Shown: positions 17,932 through 27,896 of the stretch, piece after piece
Layout of the letters: every line of letters begins with the position of its first letter
Numbering within the stretch: the first letter of the stretch is position 1
Assembly: GCA_044225505.1 (NCBI GenBank)
Contig: JBGAIN010000061.1
Location: 1 to 41,550 of the forward strand
Origin: Limisphaerales bacterium
GTDB lineage: Bacteria > Verrucomicrobiota > Verrucomicrobiia > Limisphaerales > SIBE01
Reading direction: 5' to 3'
DNA length: 41,550 bases
Translations under genes and position numbers: made by a program
Notes under the pieces: generated by a model
The model's input: the letters and a program-made list of their open reading frames with translations, nothing else
What the model was told of the DNA's origin: nothing
Databases searched by the model: none

Positions 17932-20713
17932 TTACGCCAAAACCAGGTGTGGGTAGGCCTTTTCCGGATTCACACCCAAATCACGCATGGCGCGATCGAC
18001 CTGCTCTTTCGCGACGGCGCCCTTTTGCGATAGCGCATACAACGTTGCCACGACCGTCAGTTCCGCGTCCACTTCGAAGAATCGGCGCAGGTTGGCCCGA
18101 GTGTCACTGCGTCCAAAACCGTCGGTCCCCAACGTCGTCAGGCCTCCCGGAACCCAAGGCGCAATCTGATCCGGAACAATTTTCATGTAATCCGAGACGG
18201 CCACGAATACCCCTTCTTCCTTCTCCAAGATCTCTTGGACAAAGGGTTTTCTAGGCTGCGCTGTTGGATGCAGCATGTTCCATCGACTCACACCCAAGGC
18301 GTCATTCCGCAGCAGCTTATAGCTCGTGGCGCTCCACACGTCGGCCGACACGTTATAGCGCTCTGCCAAAATCTCCTGCGCCCTTAACGCCTCCTTCAAA
18401 ATCGGTCCGCTACCCAGAATATGGGCTTTATGCCCCTTGCCCGCAGGACCCGGCTTAAATTTATAAAGGCCTTTCAATATTCCCGATTCCACACCCGGTG
18501 GCATCGGCGGCATGGGATAGTTCTCATTGTAGAGCGTCAAATAATAGAAGACGTCCTCGCCCTCACGATACATGCGCCGAAACCCATCGGCGATGATCAC
18601 CGCGATCTCGTAGCCGAACGCCGGGTCGTAGGTAATTAACGATGGGATGGTGCTCGCCAGAATATGACTATGCCCATCTTGGTGCTGCAACCCCTCTCCG
18701 TTCAAGGTTGTCCGTCCAGCGGTGGCACCGAGGAGAAAGCCCTTCGCTTTAATATCGCCAGCCAACCACATGAGATCCCCAATCCGCTGGAACCCAAACA
18801 TGGAATAGTAAATGTAAAACGGAATCATATGCGTTCCGTAATTCGCATACGCCGTTCCGGCCGCGATAAAAGACGACATCGCCCCTGCTTCGGTGATGCC
18901 CTCCTCCAAGATCTGGCCATCCTTCGCTTCGTGGTAGTAAAGCAACGAAGACTTGTCGACGGGCTCATAGAGCTGTCCTTTGGAAGAGTAAATTCCAATC
19001 TCACGGAAGAGCGCATCCATGCCAAACGTCCGTGCCTCGTCAGGAATGATCGGCACGATGCGACGCCCGATTTCTTTGTTTCGCAAGAGAATCGTGAGCA
19101 GACGCACAAATACCATTGTCGTCGAGAATTCGAAGCGTCCAGACCCCTTGGCGAATTCTGCAAAATCTTCGATCTTCGGCTCTTGAATCGGCTTTGCGAC
19201 AACCCGCCGCTCGGGCACAAACCCGCCCAGAGCCCGGCGTCGCTCCACCAGGTATTTTGCTTCACTGCTATCCGCAGGAGGACGATAAAATGGCGTTTCT
19301 GCGATTTCCTCATCTTTAATCGGAACGCCAAATCGCGACCGAAATTCCCGAAGCTCTTTTTCGTTTAGCTTCTTCTGTTGGTGAGTGATATTCCTTCCTT
19401 CGCCCGCTTCACCCAGGCCGTAACCCTTGACCGTTTTGGCTAGAATGACAGTCGGCTGGCCTTTGTGTTCCGAAGCCGCCTTATATGCCGCGTAGACCTT
19501 GGCAGCATCATGCCCACCGCGCATCATCTTGTGCAGTTGGTCGTCGGTAAGATGATTCACCAACTCGAGCAACGGCGGATACTTGCCAAAGAAATTCCGG
19601 CGCACGTAACTCCCAGGTTCCACCGAGTACTTTTGATACTCGCCGTCAACAGCCTCCTCCATTCGCTTCCGGAGAAGCCCGGTATGATCCGCAGCCAGTA
19701 ATGCGTCCCAGTCCGATCCCCAAATTACCTTGATCACATTCCAACCGGCGCCTCGGAATAGTGCCTCGAGCTCCTGAATGATCTTACCATTCCCGCGCAC
19801 GGGACCGTCCAACCGCTGCAAATTGCAGTTCACTACCCAAATCAAATTGTCTAAACTTTCGCGCGACGCGAGGGTGATCGAACCCAGCGATTCCGGCTCG
19901 TCCGTCTCCCCGTCCCCCAGAAAACACCAGATTTTAGGCTCCTCGCCTTTCACAAAATCCCTGGCGCGCAAGTAACGGCAGAATCGAGCTTGGTAAATCG
20001 ACATGATTGGCCCGAGTCCCATGGAGACCGTGGGGAACTGCCAAAAATCCGGCATTAGATAGGGGTGCGGATACGATGATAGCCCGCCCCCTTCCGACAA
20101 TTCCAAGCGAAAGCGTTCTAACTGCTGAGCCTCGATTCGGCCTTCCAAGAACGCTCGGGAATAATTCCCGGTTGTGGCGTGTCCCTGAAAGTAAATCAGG
20201 TCGGCTGGATGTCCGCCTTGGCCTCCGCGGAAGAAGTGGTTGAAACCGACCTCATACAAGGTCGCGCTCGAGGCAAACGTGGAGATATGGCCACCAATGC
20301 CGTTGTTCTTGCGGTTGGCGTTAACGACCATGGCCATCGCATTCCAGCGAATGAGACTCTTGATGCGCCGCTCGATTTCGCGGTCGCCTGGGTAGTCCGG
20401 CTNNNNNNNNNNNNNNNNNNNNNNNNNNNNNNNNNNNNNNNNNNNNNNNNNNNNNNNNNNNNNNNNNNACATACGGTGTGCTCACAACAGGTGGCACCCC
20501 GACCCCGCCCGCTCTGAGTCGCTGCACTACGTTGTCTAGAAACGAAGAGGCTCGACCTGCGCCCTCCCGCCGCAAAAGGTGTTCTAAAACAGATTCCAAC
20601 GATTCGATCCAGTGCGGCCCGTCTCCCTGATCGGTTTTCGACACTGCGTCCACTCCAGATCGGGTCCGCCCCTTTCGCGACGTGATCGGTTCTCTATCAT
20701 GCTCAGATCTCAT
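17932..20713 (-). CDS. aceE: Pyruvate dehydrogenase E1, homodimeric type, interrupted by an assembly gap
   Basis: The N-terminal part (WIESLESVL..STPY, ORF 20321..20713) and the main body (PDYPGD, GGHISTFAS, GDGETDE, NLQRLDGPV, PDEARTFG, GEGLQHQDG) lie on either side of an N run. Confidence 0.95.
20403..20468. other. Assembly gap (66 N)
   Basis: N run inside aceE. Its length is incompatible with the reading frame: the flanks need a gap of 2 mod 3. Confidence 0.99.
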
Positions 20714-20801
20714 GCGATAAGCTCTGTCCTATTAGAATTCCAACAAATTGTCACCGGACTTTCTCGGCGACGAAAGATACAGTAGTCTGGTTGGCACACA
20801 A

Positions 20802-21539
20802 ATGAAATACCTCGATCTGAGCCTCTCGACGCCAGCGGCGAACTTGGCTTGTGATGAGGCTTTGCTCGATCAATGTGAGCGTGGAGAAGCGGAGGAACTC
20901 CTGCGCATATGGGAGTCAACCGTGCCGTTTGTGGTCATTGGTTATTCAAACCACGCCCCGCGGGAGGTTCACCTGCGCCGCTGCCAAGACCACCAGATTC
21001 CCATCCTACGACGGTGCAGCGGGGGCGGCACTGTTGTCCAAGGTCCCGGGTGCTTAAATTACTCACTCTGTTTGGAAATTGCGTCCAGGCCAATGCTCGG
21101 CACCATCTCGGGCACCAACCGGTTCATCATGGAAGAGCACCGTCGGACATTTGCCCGCCTGTTGAGAGGCTCCGTTGCTGTCCAAGGACATACGGATCTC
21201 ACGGTTCAAGGCCGGAAGTTCTCCGGCAATGCTCAACGGCGAAAGCGCCGATTCTTGCTCTTCCACGGCACGGTCCTTCTGAACTTCGATCTCACACTGA
21301 TTGGTGAACTGTTGCCGCTCCCTTCCAAACAACCAGATTATCGCAAAGCACGAGACCACGCCGAATTCCTGGTCAACGTGCAAATTCCTCCAACGGACGT
21401 CAAGCAGGCGTGGCGGCAAGCTTGGGGCGCGGAAATTCCCGCGCGTGAAGTGCCGACCGAAGATTTGGAGCGGCTCGTCAAAGAAAAATATGGCCGCGAG
21501 GATTGGAACCTGCGCTTAAACGATGCGGCTGCAACGTGA
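20802..21539 (+). CDS. Lipoate-protein ligase A / octanoyltransferase family protein (catalytic domain only)
   Basis: NLACDEALL, RRCSGGGTV, DL...GRKFSGNAQ, HGTVL; divergent from the PDH operon. Confidence 0.9.
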   Translation: MKYLDLSLSTPAANLACDEALLDQCERGEAEELLRIWESTVPFVVIGYSNHAPREVHLRRCQDHQIPILRRCSGGGTVVQGPGCLNYSLCLEIASRPMLGTISGTNRFIMEEHRRTFARLLRGSVAVQGHTDLTVQGRKFSGNAQRRKRRFLLFHGTVLLNFDLTLIGELLPLPSKQPDYRKARDHAEFLVNVQIPPTDVKQAWRQAWGAEIPAREVPTEDLERLVKEKYGREDWNLRLNDAAAT

Positions 21540-21574
21540 GCATTTCGATCTTGGCGCCGGGAGACGCTTTCGAA

Positions 21575-22739
21575 TCAGTTGCCGCTAGGAAGCGCTCGAT
21601 AGAATTTCTGCCCAGGAACCGATGTCTTCGAGTCAATGAACTCAGAGGTGCGGCTGGGTAACGCCACTTCCCGCACGAAATCCCACCGCACCAAATCGGT
21701 CGACGATTGGATGGTAAACCGTTCGCCCACTTGACCTGTGATCCGGATTTGAAATCCTGCGCTAGCAAGCGAACTTCGCGAAGCAACCGCTAATGTGCCA
21801 GAATTGGCATTCCCCAGTTGGACCGCAGCAGGACTAAAGAAAAGCCCCATGATAACGGCATTATTGCCGTTCAACTGACGGATACGCACTCGAACGTGGC
21901 CTTTGATGTCCCAAACCAGGTATTTCCCTGACTGAAAATCCGTCACCGTTTGCCTGGTCAGCAATGCCCCAGTGTTGGCATCAACCAGTTCGATGAGCTC
22001 CGAGCGTCCGAGCAAATCCCAGTTTACTAAGAACGACGCACTGGCGGTGCTGCTTTCCGGCAAATCGACGTCGCAGCGTGCCTTGGAACATGGTCTGTCC
22101 AGTTCGGTCGAGGATTCGAAAGCTCGAATCCTCCGGGACACGCAGTTCGCCAAGACTTCCCAAGTAATACCCGACCATGGCCTTTTTGGGAAAACTCGGG
22201 TTGTATCCGACCTGGTTCACATGAACCGCTGGACTGTGGCGGCGCTCATCCATCGTGGCCGAGGAGTGTTCCGAGGTCGACCCGAGCTGACCGTCCGGAT
22301 TGGTCACCTCGATGTTTTGCCCATCCCTAACCGCCGTCGCCAATTCCAAGTAAAGCCAGTTTGCCACGCGCAGATTACGTTTCTTCCCCGGAGCATAGAG
22401 CGGACGGCGCTTGAAGCCCATGCTCCGCACGGTCGCGAACTCATTCTCGATCCGAACCGTAACCTGATTAGCCAGGGGCAATTGCAGGCTCGAATTTTGC
22501 ACAAAATCCCAACGAGAGACCTGAGCAGCGCCCGGCTCTTCGGTGTTAATCAGGGTGAGTTCGAGGAGCGTCGGCGAATTTACCTTTAGGGCAAGACTTC
22601 CCACATCGGGCATTCGCAGCGGGTTGGCATCCGCCAGCGGCAATGCGCTGACCGCCGCCACATTCCCAGACATCTTTGGGGCCAACGCTAGTCCCAGCAC
22701 CAGGAACAGGGAAATCTTGCACAGCCGCGAAACCACCAC
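21575..22739 (-). pseudogene. Frameshifted chimera: GH9-type N-terminus (signal peptide + Ig-like domain) joined to C-terminal extracellular domains; catalytic domain missing
   Basis: Frame 1 (GTG ~22739) has a signal peptide and HSPAVHVNQVGY.P..PKKAMVGYYLGSLGE (GH9 Ig-like CelD_N pattern), then runs into non-homologous sequence after FQGTLRRR. Frame 2 from ~22070 gives NWD..GRSE.IELVDA.TG..GKYLVWDIKGHV..NAVIMGLFF and a terminal IQSSTDLVRW..FID..FYRA. Confidence 0.7.
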
Positions 22740-23123
22740 CGAGACAATCTCGGACAGAATTCCGACATGGAACGCGACGTAGCCAACCGCTGGACATATT
22801 TCCCGCACGACCGCGCCGCACGGCGGAAAACCGCAATTCTCAAGCACGCTGTGAAATAGCAATGCATGTACCTGGAATGACGCTTTTCGAAGCGAACCCA
22901 CGCAACGAACGACCAAGCCCCGACGACATTTACCCTGGGGAAAGGGCGGTCGCTCTCGGGGAAAAGTCCGGAGAAAGTTTCTTTAAGATTTTGGAAAAAA
23001 ACCTTCCAGAGCTTTAGGCTTGCGGACAACCCTCGAATTGCATGACGAGACTTGTCCGGATCACAGACAAGCTGTCTTGATCAAAGCCAGCGCCCCGCCG
23101 TTCGTTGTCCTCGTGGAACCCTC

Positions 23124-24380
23124 TCAACTCGCGCAGAACCGTTCAAATTCGCCGCCAAAAAGCTGCCGCACGTCTCTCCGAATCTCTTCGACCGTGGGCG
23201 ACCATCCGCTCTCTGCTAGATCCGAGTATTTGTCTATCAGCACCTCGGTGATTACGCGCCGAGAATGCCGCCACTTATAGATCAACTGATCTAAGACTCG
23301 CGCGTCCGAGTGTTGTGGAGTGAAGCTCAAGCCCAACAACTCCATTCTCATCCGAGTCATCTCTTCGACAATCGATGGCACGTTGGTAAACCACCAGCAG
23401 CCAAAAACGTGCAAGTTGCGGAACTTCCTGGCGAGAACGCAGAGTTCATGTTGATTCTCGCGCGCCAAAACTGTGACCAGGAATTTATTGTTTGGATATT
23501 CGGCACAAAGCACTCGGAGAGCGCTCAAGTCCGTCAACCCCTCGCCATCACCAGCTAAACGCAAGGCCGGGTTTACGGCCCGCCGAACTCCCGGCATCAG
23601 GGCAAAAGGAAGCCCAAATTCCCGGCAGTGTGGCAGGACCACTTTGGCCATCAATTGAGGGGCCAGGTCCTTCCCGGGAAACGTAAAATCGGGTGGGAGC
23701 GAGACCATGACATACTTGGCTTGCATGCGCCTCGTCCAATCCTCCAAAAACCGTCGAGCTCCCGTAACACTGGACTCGGAAAGCGTCGGGCCGGTCCGAT
23801 ATCCCCAAGCGCGCAACCGACGAGTTGTGTTCGGCCAATCCAGCAAGAGGGGATCAATGCGCAAGCCACTTGTAAAACGCTCGTCACGAGTCCACTCTCG
23901 CTCCCAGACTGGCCGTTCCAGATCGTCCAATGGCGAATTGGTCATGCAGATCTGCCGGACCCCGCCCAACTCCATGCAACGCGTGACGTAATCCTCCACG
24001 CGCCATTTCTGAAACCATTTGCGAAGCGACGGCAAGTCCCGCTTCCGCGCGTCCAGTCCGAGCGACTGCAAGGTTGTGACCACACCTCGGCAAGCTTCCG
24101 AGAGGGGTGAGTGTTGGACAAAGAGTGCCTCCCAAATCAGGTCGGCTTGCTGTGTCTTGGATAGGGACCAAAACTTGTCGTAGGGAATTTCGAAGTAGCG
24201 AAACCCTTCTGCGACCAAGTAATGATAGACGAGCAGATCGTCAATTCCCCAAAGCAGCAACGGGCCAAACGCCGGATCGTAAAGATGGGTATGGATATCG
24301 TAAACAGAGGTCTCCTGGACAACTCGCGTCACGGTCTGCGCAAGGTCTATCGATTTCGAGGCATGCCTGGGGGATTTCAT
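23124..24380 (-). CDS. uxaC: Uronate (glucuronate) isomerase, amidohydrolase fold
   Basis: DIHTHL, LWGIDDLLVYHYL, MTN, GCWWF, QHSDARVLDQLIYKW; ATG 24380. Confidence 0.9.
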   Translation of the reverse strand: MKSPRHASKSIDLAQTVTRVVQETSVYDIHTHLYDPAFGPLLLWGIDDLLVYHYLVAEGFRYFEIPYDKFWSLSKTQQADLIWEALFVQHSPLSEACRGVVTTLQSLGLDARKRDLPSLRKWFQKWRVEDYVTRCMELGGVRQICMTNSPLDDLERPVWEREWTRDERFTSGLRIDPLLLDWPNTTRRLRAWGYRTGPTLSESSVTGARRFLEDWTRRMQAKYVMVSLPPDFTFPGKDLAPQLMAKVVLPHCREFGLPFALMPGVRRAVNPALRLAGDGEGLTDLSALRVLCAEYPNNKFLVTVLARENQHELCVLARKFRNLHVFGCWWFTNVPSIVEEMTRMRMELLGLSFTPQHSDARVLDQLIYKWRHSRRVITEVLIDKYSDLAESGWSPTVEEIRRDVRQLFGGEFERFCAS

Positions 24381-24464
24381 AAGACTCAGCAATGGTTTAA
24401 CGCGGATCGTGAACGAGGGTAGTGAGCCTCTGGTTACAACCGAGGTCAAGGCAAACTGTCGCCG

Positions 24465-25502
24465 CTACAGCCCCAGGTTGCTTCGGGCGTAAACCAGCGA
24501 TTTACGAACGGCCTCATTTTCCCGTTCGAGCTTCTGCTCGGGCGTCAAGCCGCTCACTTGTGGGATCGGCTGACGGGACGCCCGTGCGCGCACGAAAGAA
24601 AACGTCGCGGCCAGCTCCGCCCCTTGCACTCCCTCGAGCGGTCCCCAGTATGCTCTGGTCAAGCAAGGGACCCGGAGCGCATCGCGGGTGATCATTTCCA
24701 GCGTAAATTCCAAGTCGGGCTTCACTTGTCGAAGCGTTTGAACAATTCGGGCCAAATCGAGGCACCCCTCGCCCAAAGGCACCTCCGCCAGAAGAAAGCC
24801 ATCGTCGCACTCACGCACAGCCATGTCCTTTAAGTGGGTCGAATAGGCGTAGGGCGCATACGCCTCCACTACCGCGATTGGATCTTCAAGTAGCGCAATG
24901 CTGTTTCCCGTGTCGACGCAGATCCCGATAAACTCACTACTGAGCCTTCGTAAAAGCGGCACCATCTCATCGATCCGCCAGTCTTTGTGATTTTCTACTG
25001 CCAACCGAATCCCGTGCTGCCGCATTATCCTTTCCGCACGACCCAACGACCACTCCGACTGCGTCGCAAACTCGCGAAAGGCCACGGCATCCCGGAACGT
25101 TTCGTAACGACGTCCGGCCAAGCATGCCGCGCGGACCACCGTCACTCCGGTCTCCTTTGCCGCCACCACTTGGGACGAAAACCTCTCCAGATCTGCATCG
25201 GTCTTTGGCAAGGAGATTTGCCCTTCGAGATAGAGCCCTTTCGCTTCAACTCGCTCCCGAATCTTTCGATTGACCGCGGGATCGGAGGAAATCGCCGTCT
25301 TCGCTTGGCCGCGCATGATCGAGGGCCAGCGCAGCGCATAGGAAATAGAACAAACTCCAAGCTTGTGCCGGCGCACGCTTTGCCCCGAGCAAACGGATTC
25401 CCAGGGCAATGCAACGCCTGCGGCGAGCACGGCAAGCATCTGCCGTCGACTCAGAGGCACGATGCCAGCGCACGTCCGAAGCGGTCCAGAGGTCATAGTC
25501 AT
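24465..25502 (-). CDS. Tat-exported sugar phosphate isomerase/epimerase (TIM barrel), possibly with an internal deletion
   Basis: SRRQML twin-arginine signal; AVENHKDW, CVDTGN, THLKD, LEMITR. Confidence 0.85.
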   Translation of the reverse strand: MTMTSGPLRTCAGIVPLSRRQMLAVLAAGVALPWESVCSGQSVRRHKLGVCSISYALRWPSIMRGQAKTAISSDPAVNRKIRERVEAKGLYLEGQISLPKTDADLERFSSQVVAAKETGVTVVRAACLAGRRYETFRDAVAFREFATQSEWSLGRAERIMRQHGIRLAVENHKDWRIDEMVPLLRRLSSEFIGICVDTGNSIALLEDPIAVVEAYAPYAYSTHLKDMAVRECDDGFLLAEVPLGEGCLDLARIVQTLRQVKPDLEFTLEMITRDALRVPCLTRAYWGPLEGVQGAELAATFSFVRARASRQPIPQVSGLTPEQKLERENEAVRKSLVYARSNLGL

Positions 25503-25655
25503 GGGTGAACACCGACTTATCTACCAGAGCCCGGCAGGATCGTGAACAAAATTGGCAGAATATTCCTAGTTCCATCGACCAGAGCGCGCTCTGCCGCTGG
25601 GAGGGTCCGGAGTTTGCGCTTTGTCCAAAGACGGTTTTGCCCAATACTCCGTCCG

Positions 25656-26909
25656 GTGAAGTCCATTGAATGGCTCACGCTGGCGGCTTTGGCCGCCTGT
25701 GCCGCGGCCAGTTTCTTTTTTGCACTGGCCGAATCGGCGCTTTTCTCCCTAGGCCGATGGCGGGCACAGCAGTTGTCGGAAGAGAACAATGTGCGTGGCG
25801 AGGAAATCCGCCAGTTACTGCAGGAGCCGCAAGATCTTTTAGCGACGATCGTCCTGGGGAGCACCTTTGCCCATGCGGGAATCGTGGCCACGGGCCTATG
25901 GCTCGGAATCGGGGGCCAGTGGCCCATGATCGCCGCGGTCGCTGGCGCGCTATTGATTCTGCTCGTTTTGGGAGAGGTTGTCCCAAAGACATTGGCGGCC
26001 CGATATCCGGAACGCTGGGCCCTTCGATTGGTCCGGCCGATTGCAGCGATTCAGCGCCGCACGCGCCCCTTGCGGCAGATTGCCCAGCGGGCGAACAACT
26101 TCATCCTCCACGCCATCACACCCAGCACCTGGAAGACACAGAGCGCGTTGACCGACGAAGAGTACCAGGAACTTCTCGAAATGGCTTATCAACAAGGCAG
26201 TTTAGGCCGAGGCCAGCGGGACCTAATCCTCCAGATCATCCGCCTGGACCGCCGCACAGCCAAGGATGTTATGAAGCCACGAGCTCGCATGGCGTCCATT
26301 CCTGATGATTTGCCATTGGAAGATATGGTTTCAGCCGCGCGAAAACACCAACACCGCCGTCTGCCAATGTATGACGAATCGCCCGACACGATCGTCGGCA
26401 TTTTGAACACTCGCGCCTTACTGCTAGATCCGCAAACGGATCTGGTCGAAGCAATCGAATTCCCTTCGTTCGTCCCGGAATCGATGAACCTTCTCCAACT
26501 CTTCCGGAGCCTCCAGCGGCAGAGGCGTGGCCTCGCGATCGTCATGGACGAATATGGAGGCACTGCCGGGCTCGTCACCACGGAGGACATCCTTGAAGAA
26601 GTCGTCGGCGACCTCCGCGGAGAGGGCGAACCGGAAGGCTTTACCCTCGAGAAGTTGGGAGACGGTCGCTGGCGAGCGAACGGAACGCTTCGGCTTGAAG
26701 ATTTTCGACGCGAGTATGCGGATTTGGGCGACACTCCTGGAGTGGACACCCTGGGCGGGTTGCTCGTCACTCTCCTGGGCGTCGTTCCGGTGCAAGGGGA
26801 ATCCGTCGTCCACCGAGGCTTGCGCCTGACCGCATCCGTCGTGGACGATCGGCGAGTCCGCGAAGTGTATGCAGAGATGGTGAAAAAGAAATCGGGAGGT
26901 CCTGGGTGA
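25656..26909 (+). CDS. CNNM/CorB (hemolysin-family) CBS-pair protein with CorC_HlyC domain, paralog 1
   Basis: FFALAESALFSL, GEVVPK, VMKPR, RLPMY, MDEYGGTAGLVTTEDILEEVVG, DTLGG; GTG at 25656 chosen as start. Confidence 0.92.
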   Translation: MKSIEWLTLAALAACAAASFFFALAESALFSLGRWRAQQLSEENNVRGEEIRQLLQEPQDLLATIVLGSTFAHAGIVATGLWLGIGGQWPMIAAVAGALLILLVLGEVVPKTLAARYPERWALRLVRPIAAIQRRTRPLRQIAQRANNFILHAITPSTWKTQSALTDEEYQELLEMAYQQGSLGRGQRDLILQIIRLDRRTAKDVMKPRARMASIPDDLPLEDMVSAARKHQHRRLPMYDESPDTIVGILNTRALLLDPQTDLVEAIEFPSFVPESMNLLQLFRSLQRQRRGLAIVMDEYGGTAGLVTTEDILEEVVGDLRGEGEPEGFTLEKLGDGRWRANGTLRLEDFRREYADLGDTPGVDTLGGLLVTLLGVVPVQGESVVHRGLRLTASVVDDRRVREVYAEMVKKKSGGPG

Positions 26910-27895
26910 TTTCCACCGCGTTATCAGGCTTCGTCCTTTTCCTTTGTTGTTTGCTCTGTTTCGCCTTGTCCGGAATGGAAGCTGGGGTTCTGGCGCTTAG
27001 CCGCTTCCGCATTCGACGGCAAATGCGTGCCGGCGTTCGCCGGGCTGTGCTTCTACACAACTATCTAGAGAATCCGGAAGACTTCCTTTGGACGATTCTG
27101 GTTGGCAACACCCTGGCGACGTTTGCTGCTTTCAGCCTGATGGTGGTCTGGCTCCACAACGCCGTGGGCGGCCAGGTCTGGCTCTTTGTCATCGTTTTTA
27201 TTCCGATCGTCTTCCTGTTTTATGTCTTCTGCGATCTCCTGCCGAAGATGCTCTTCCGACAGTTTCCCAATCGATTGTGCCTGGCCCTGGCAGTTCCGTT
27301 TCGGCTCTTGCATGTCCTGGTCTCTCCCGGCGTCGCGATCCTCAATTGGTTTTCCGATATCGTGCTGCGGCTGACTGGGCGAGAACGCTTTCGGGGTCGG
27401 ATCTTTAATACTCCCCGCGAAGTGCGTCTCGCCTTGCAGGACTCCGCCCAAATCCTGTCCACCGAAGAGCGCACCATGGTCAACCGCGTCCTCGACTTGC
27501 AGGAACTGACGGTCCAGTCCATTACGGTGCCACTACAGCGGGTGATCGGGGTTTCGGAACTAACGCCCGTCCGTGATCTCCTTGAAATCGGCCGGCAACA
27601 CCCCGTCAGTCGCTTGCCCGTTTGGAGTGGCGCCGGAACGAACCGGCGCATCGTCGGCGTCGTTCGCCTGAGCGCCTTTCTTTACGCGGAATCTGTCGAT
27701 CTGGATTCCCCGGTAGGACGTTTTGCGCATGCCCCACTGCAACTTCGGGAAGACATTCGCTTGGAAGAAGCGCTGCGGCGCATGCAACGCAGTCGTCAGC
27801 GTATGGCCGTCGTTATCGGATTCAACGGTCGCGAAATCGGTATCGTCAACCTGCGGGATATCCTGAAATCGATTTTCGGCGAAGTCACTCTCTAG
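26906..27895 (+). CDS. CNNM/CBS-pair protein, paralog 2 (no C-terminal CorC domain)
   Basis: SGMEAG, ILVGN, DLLPK, SRLPV, GIVNLRDIL; GTGA overlap with the upstream gene. Confidence 0.9.
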   Translation: MISTALSGFVLFLCCLLCFALSGMEAGVLALSRFRIRRQMRAGVRRAVLLHNYLENPEDFLWTILVGNTLATFAAFSLMVVWLHNAVGGQVWLFVIVFIPIVFLFYVFCDLLPKMLFRQFPNRLCLALAVPFRLLHVLVSPGVAILNWFSDIVLRLTGRERFRGRIFNTPREVRLALQDSAQILSTEERTMVNRVLDLQELTVQSITVPLQRVIGVSELTPVRDLLEIGRQHPVSRLPVWSGAGTNRRIVGVVRLSAFLYAESVDLDSPVGRFAHAPLQLREDIRLEEALRRMQRSRQRMAVVIGFNGREIGIVNLRDILKSIFGEVTL

Positions 27896-27896
27896 C

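Noticed and set aside
20321..20713. Apparent frameshift or split of aceE into two ORFs
   Set aside because: The frame change falls inside the 66-N gap. The flanks STPYV and PDYPGD are only a few residues apart in AceE, so the gap size is simply wrong.
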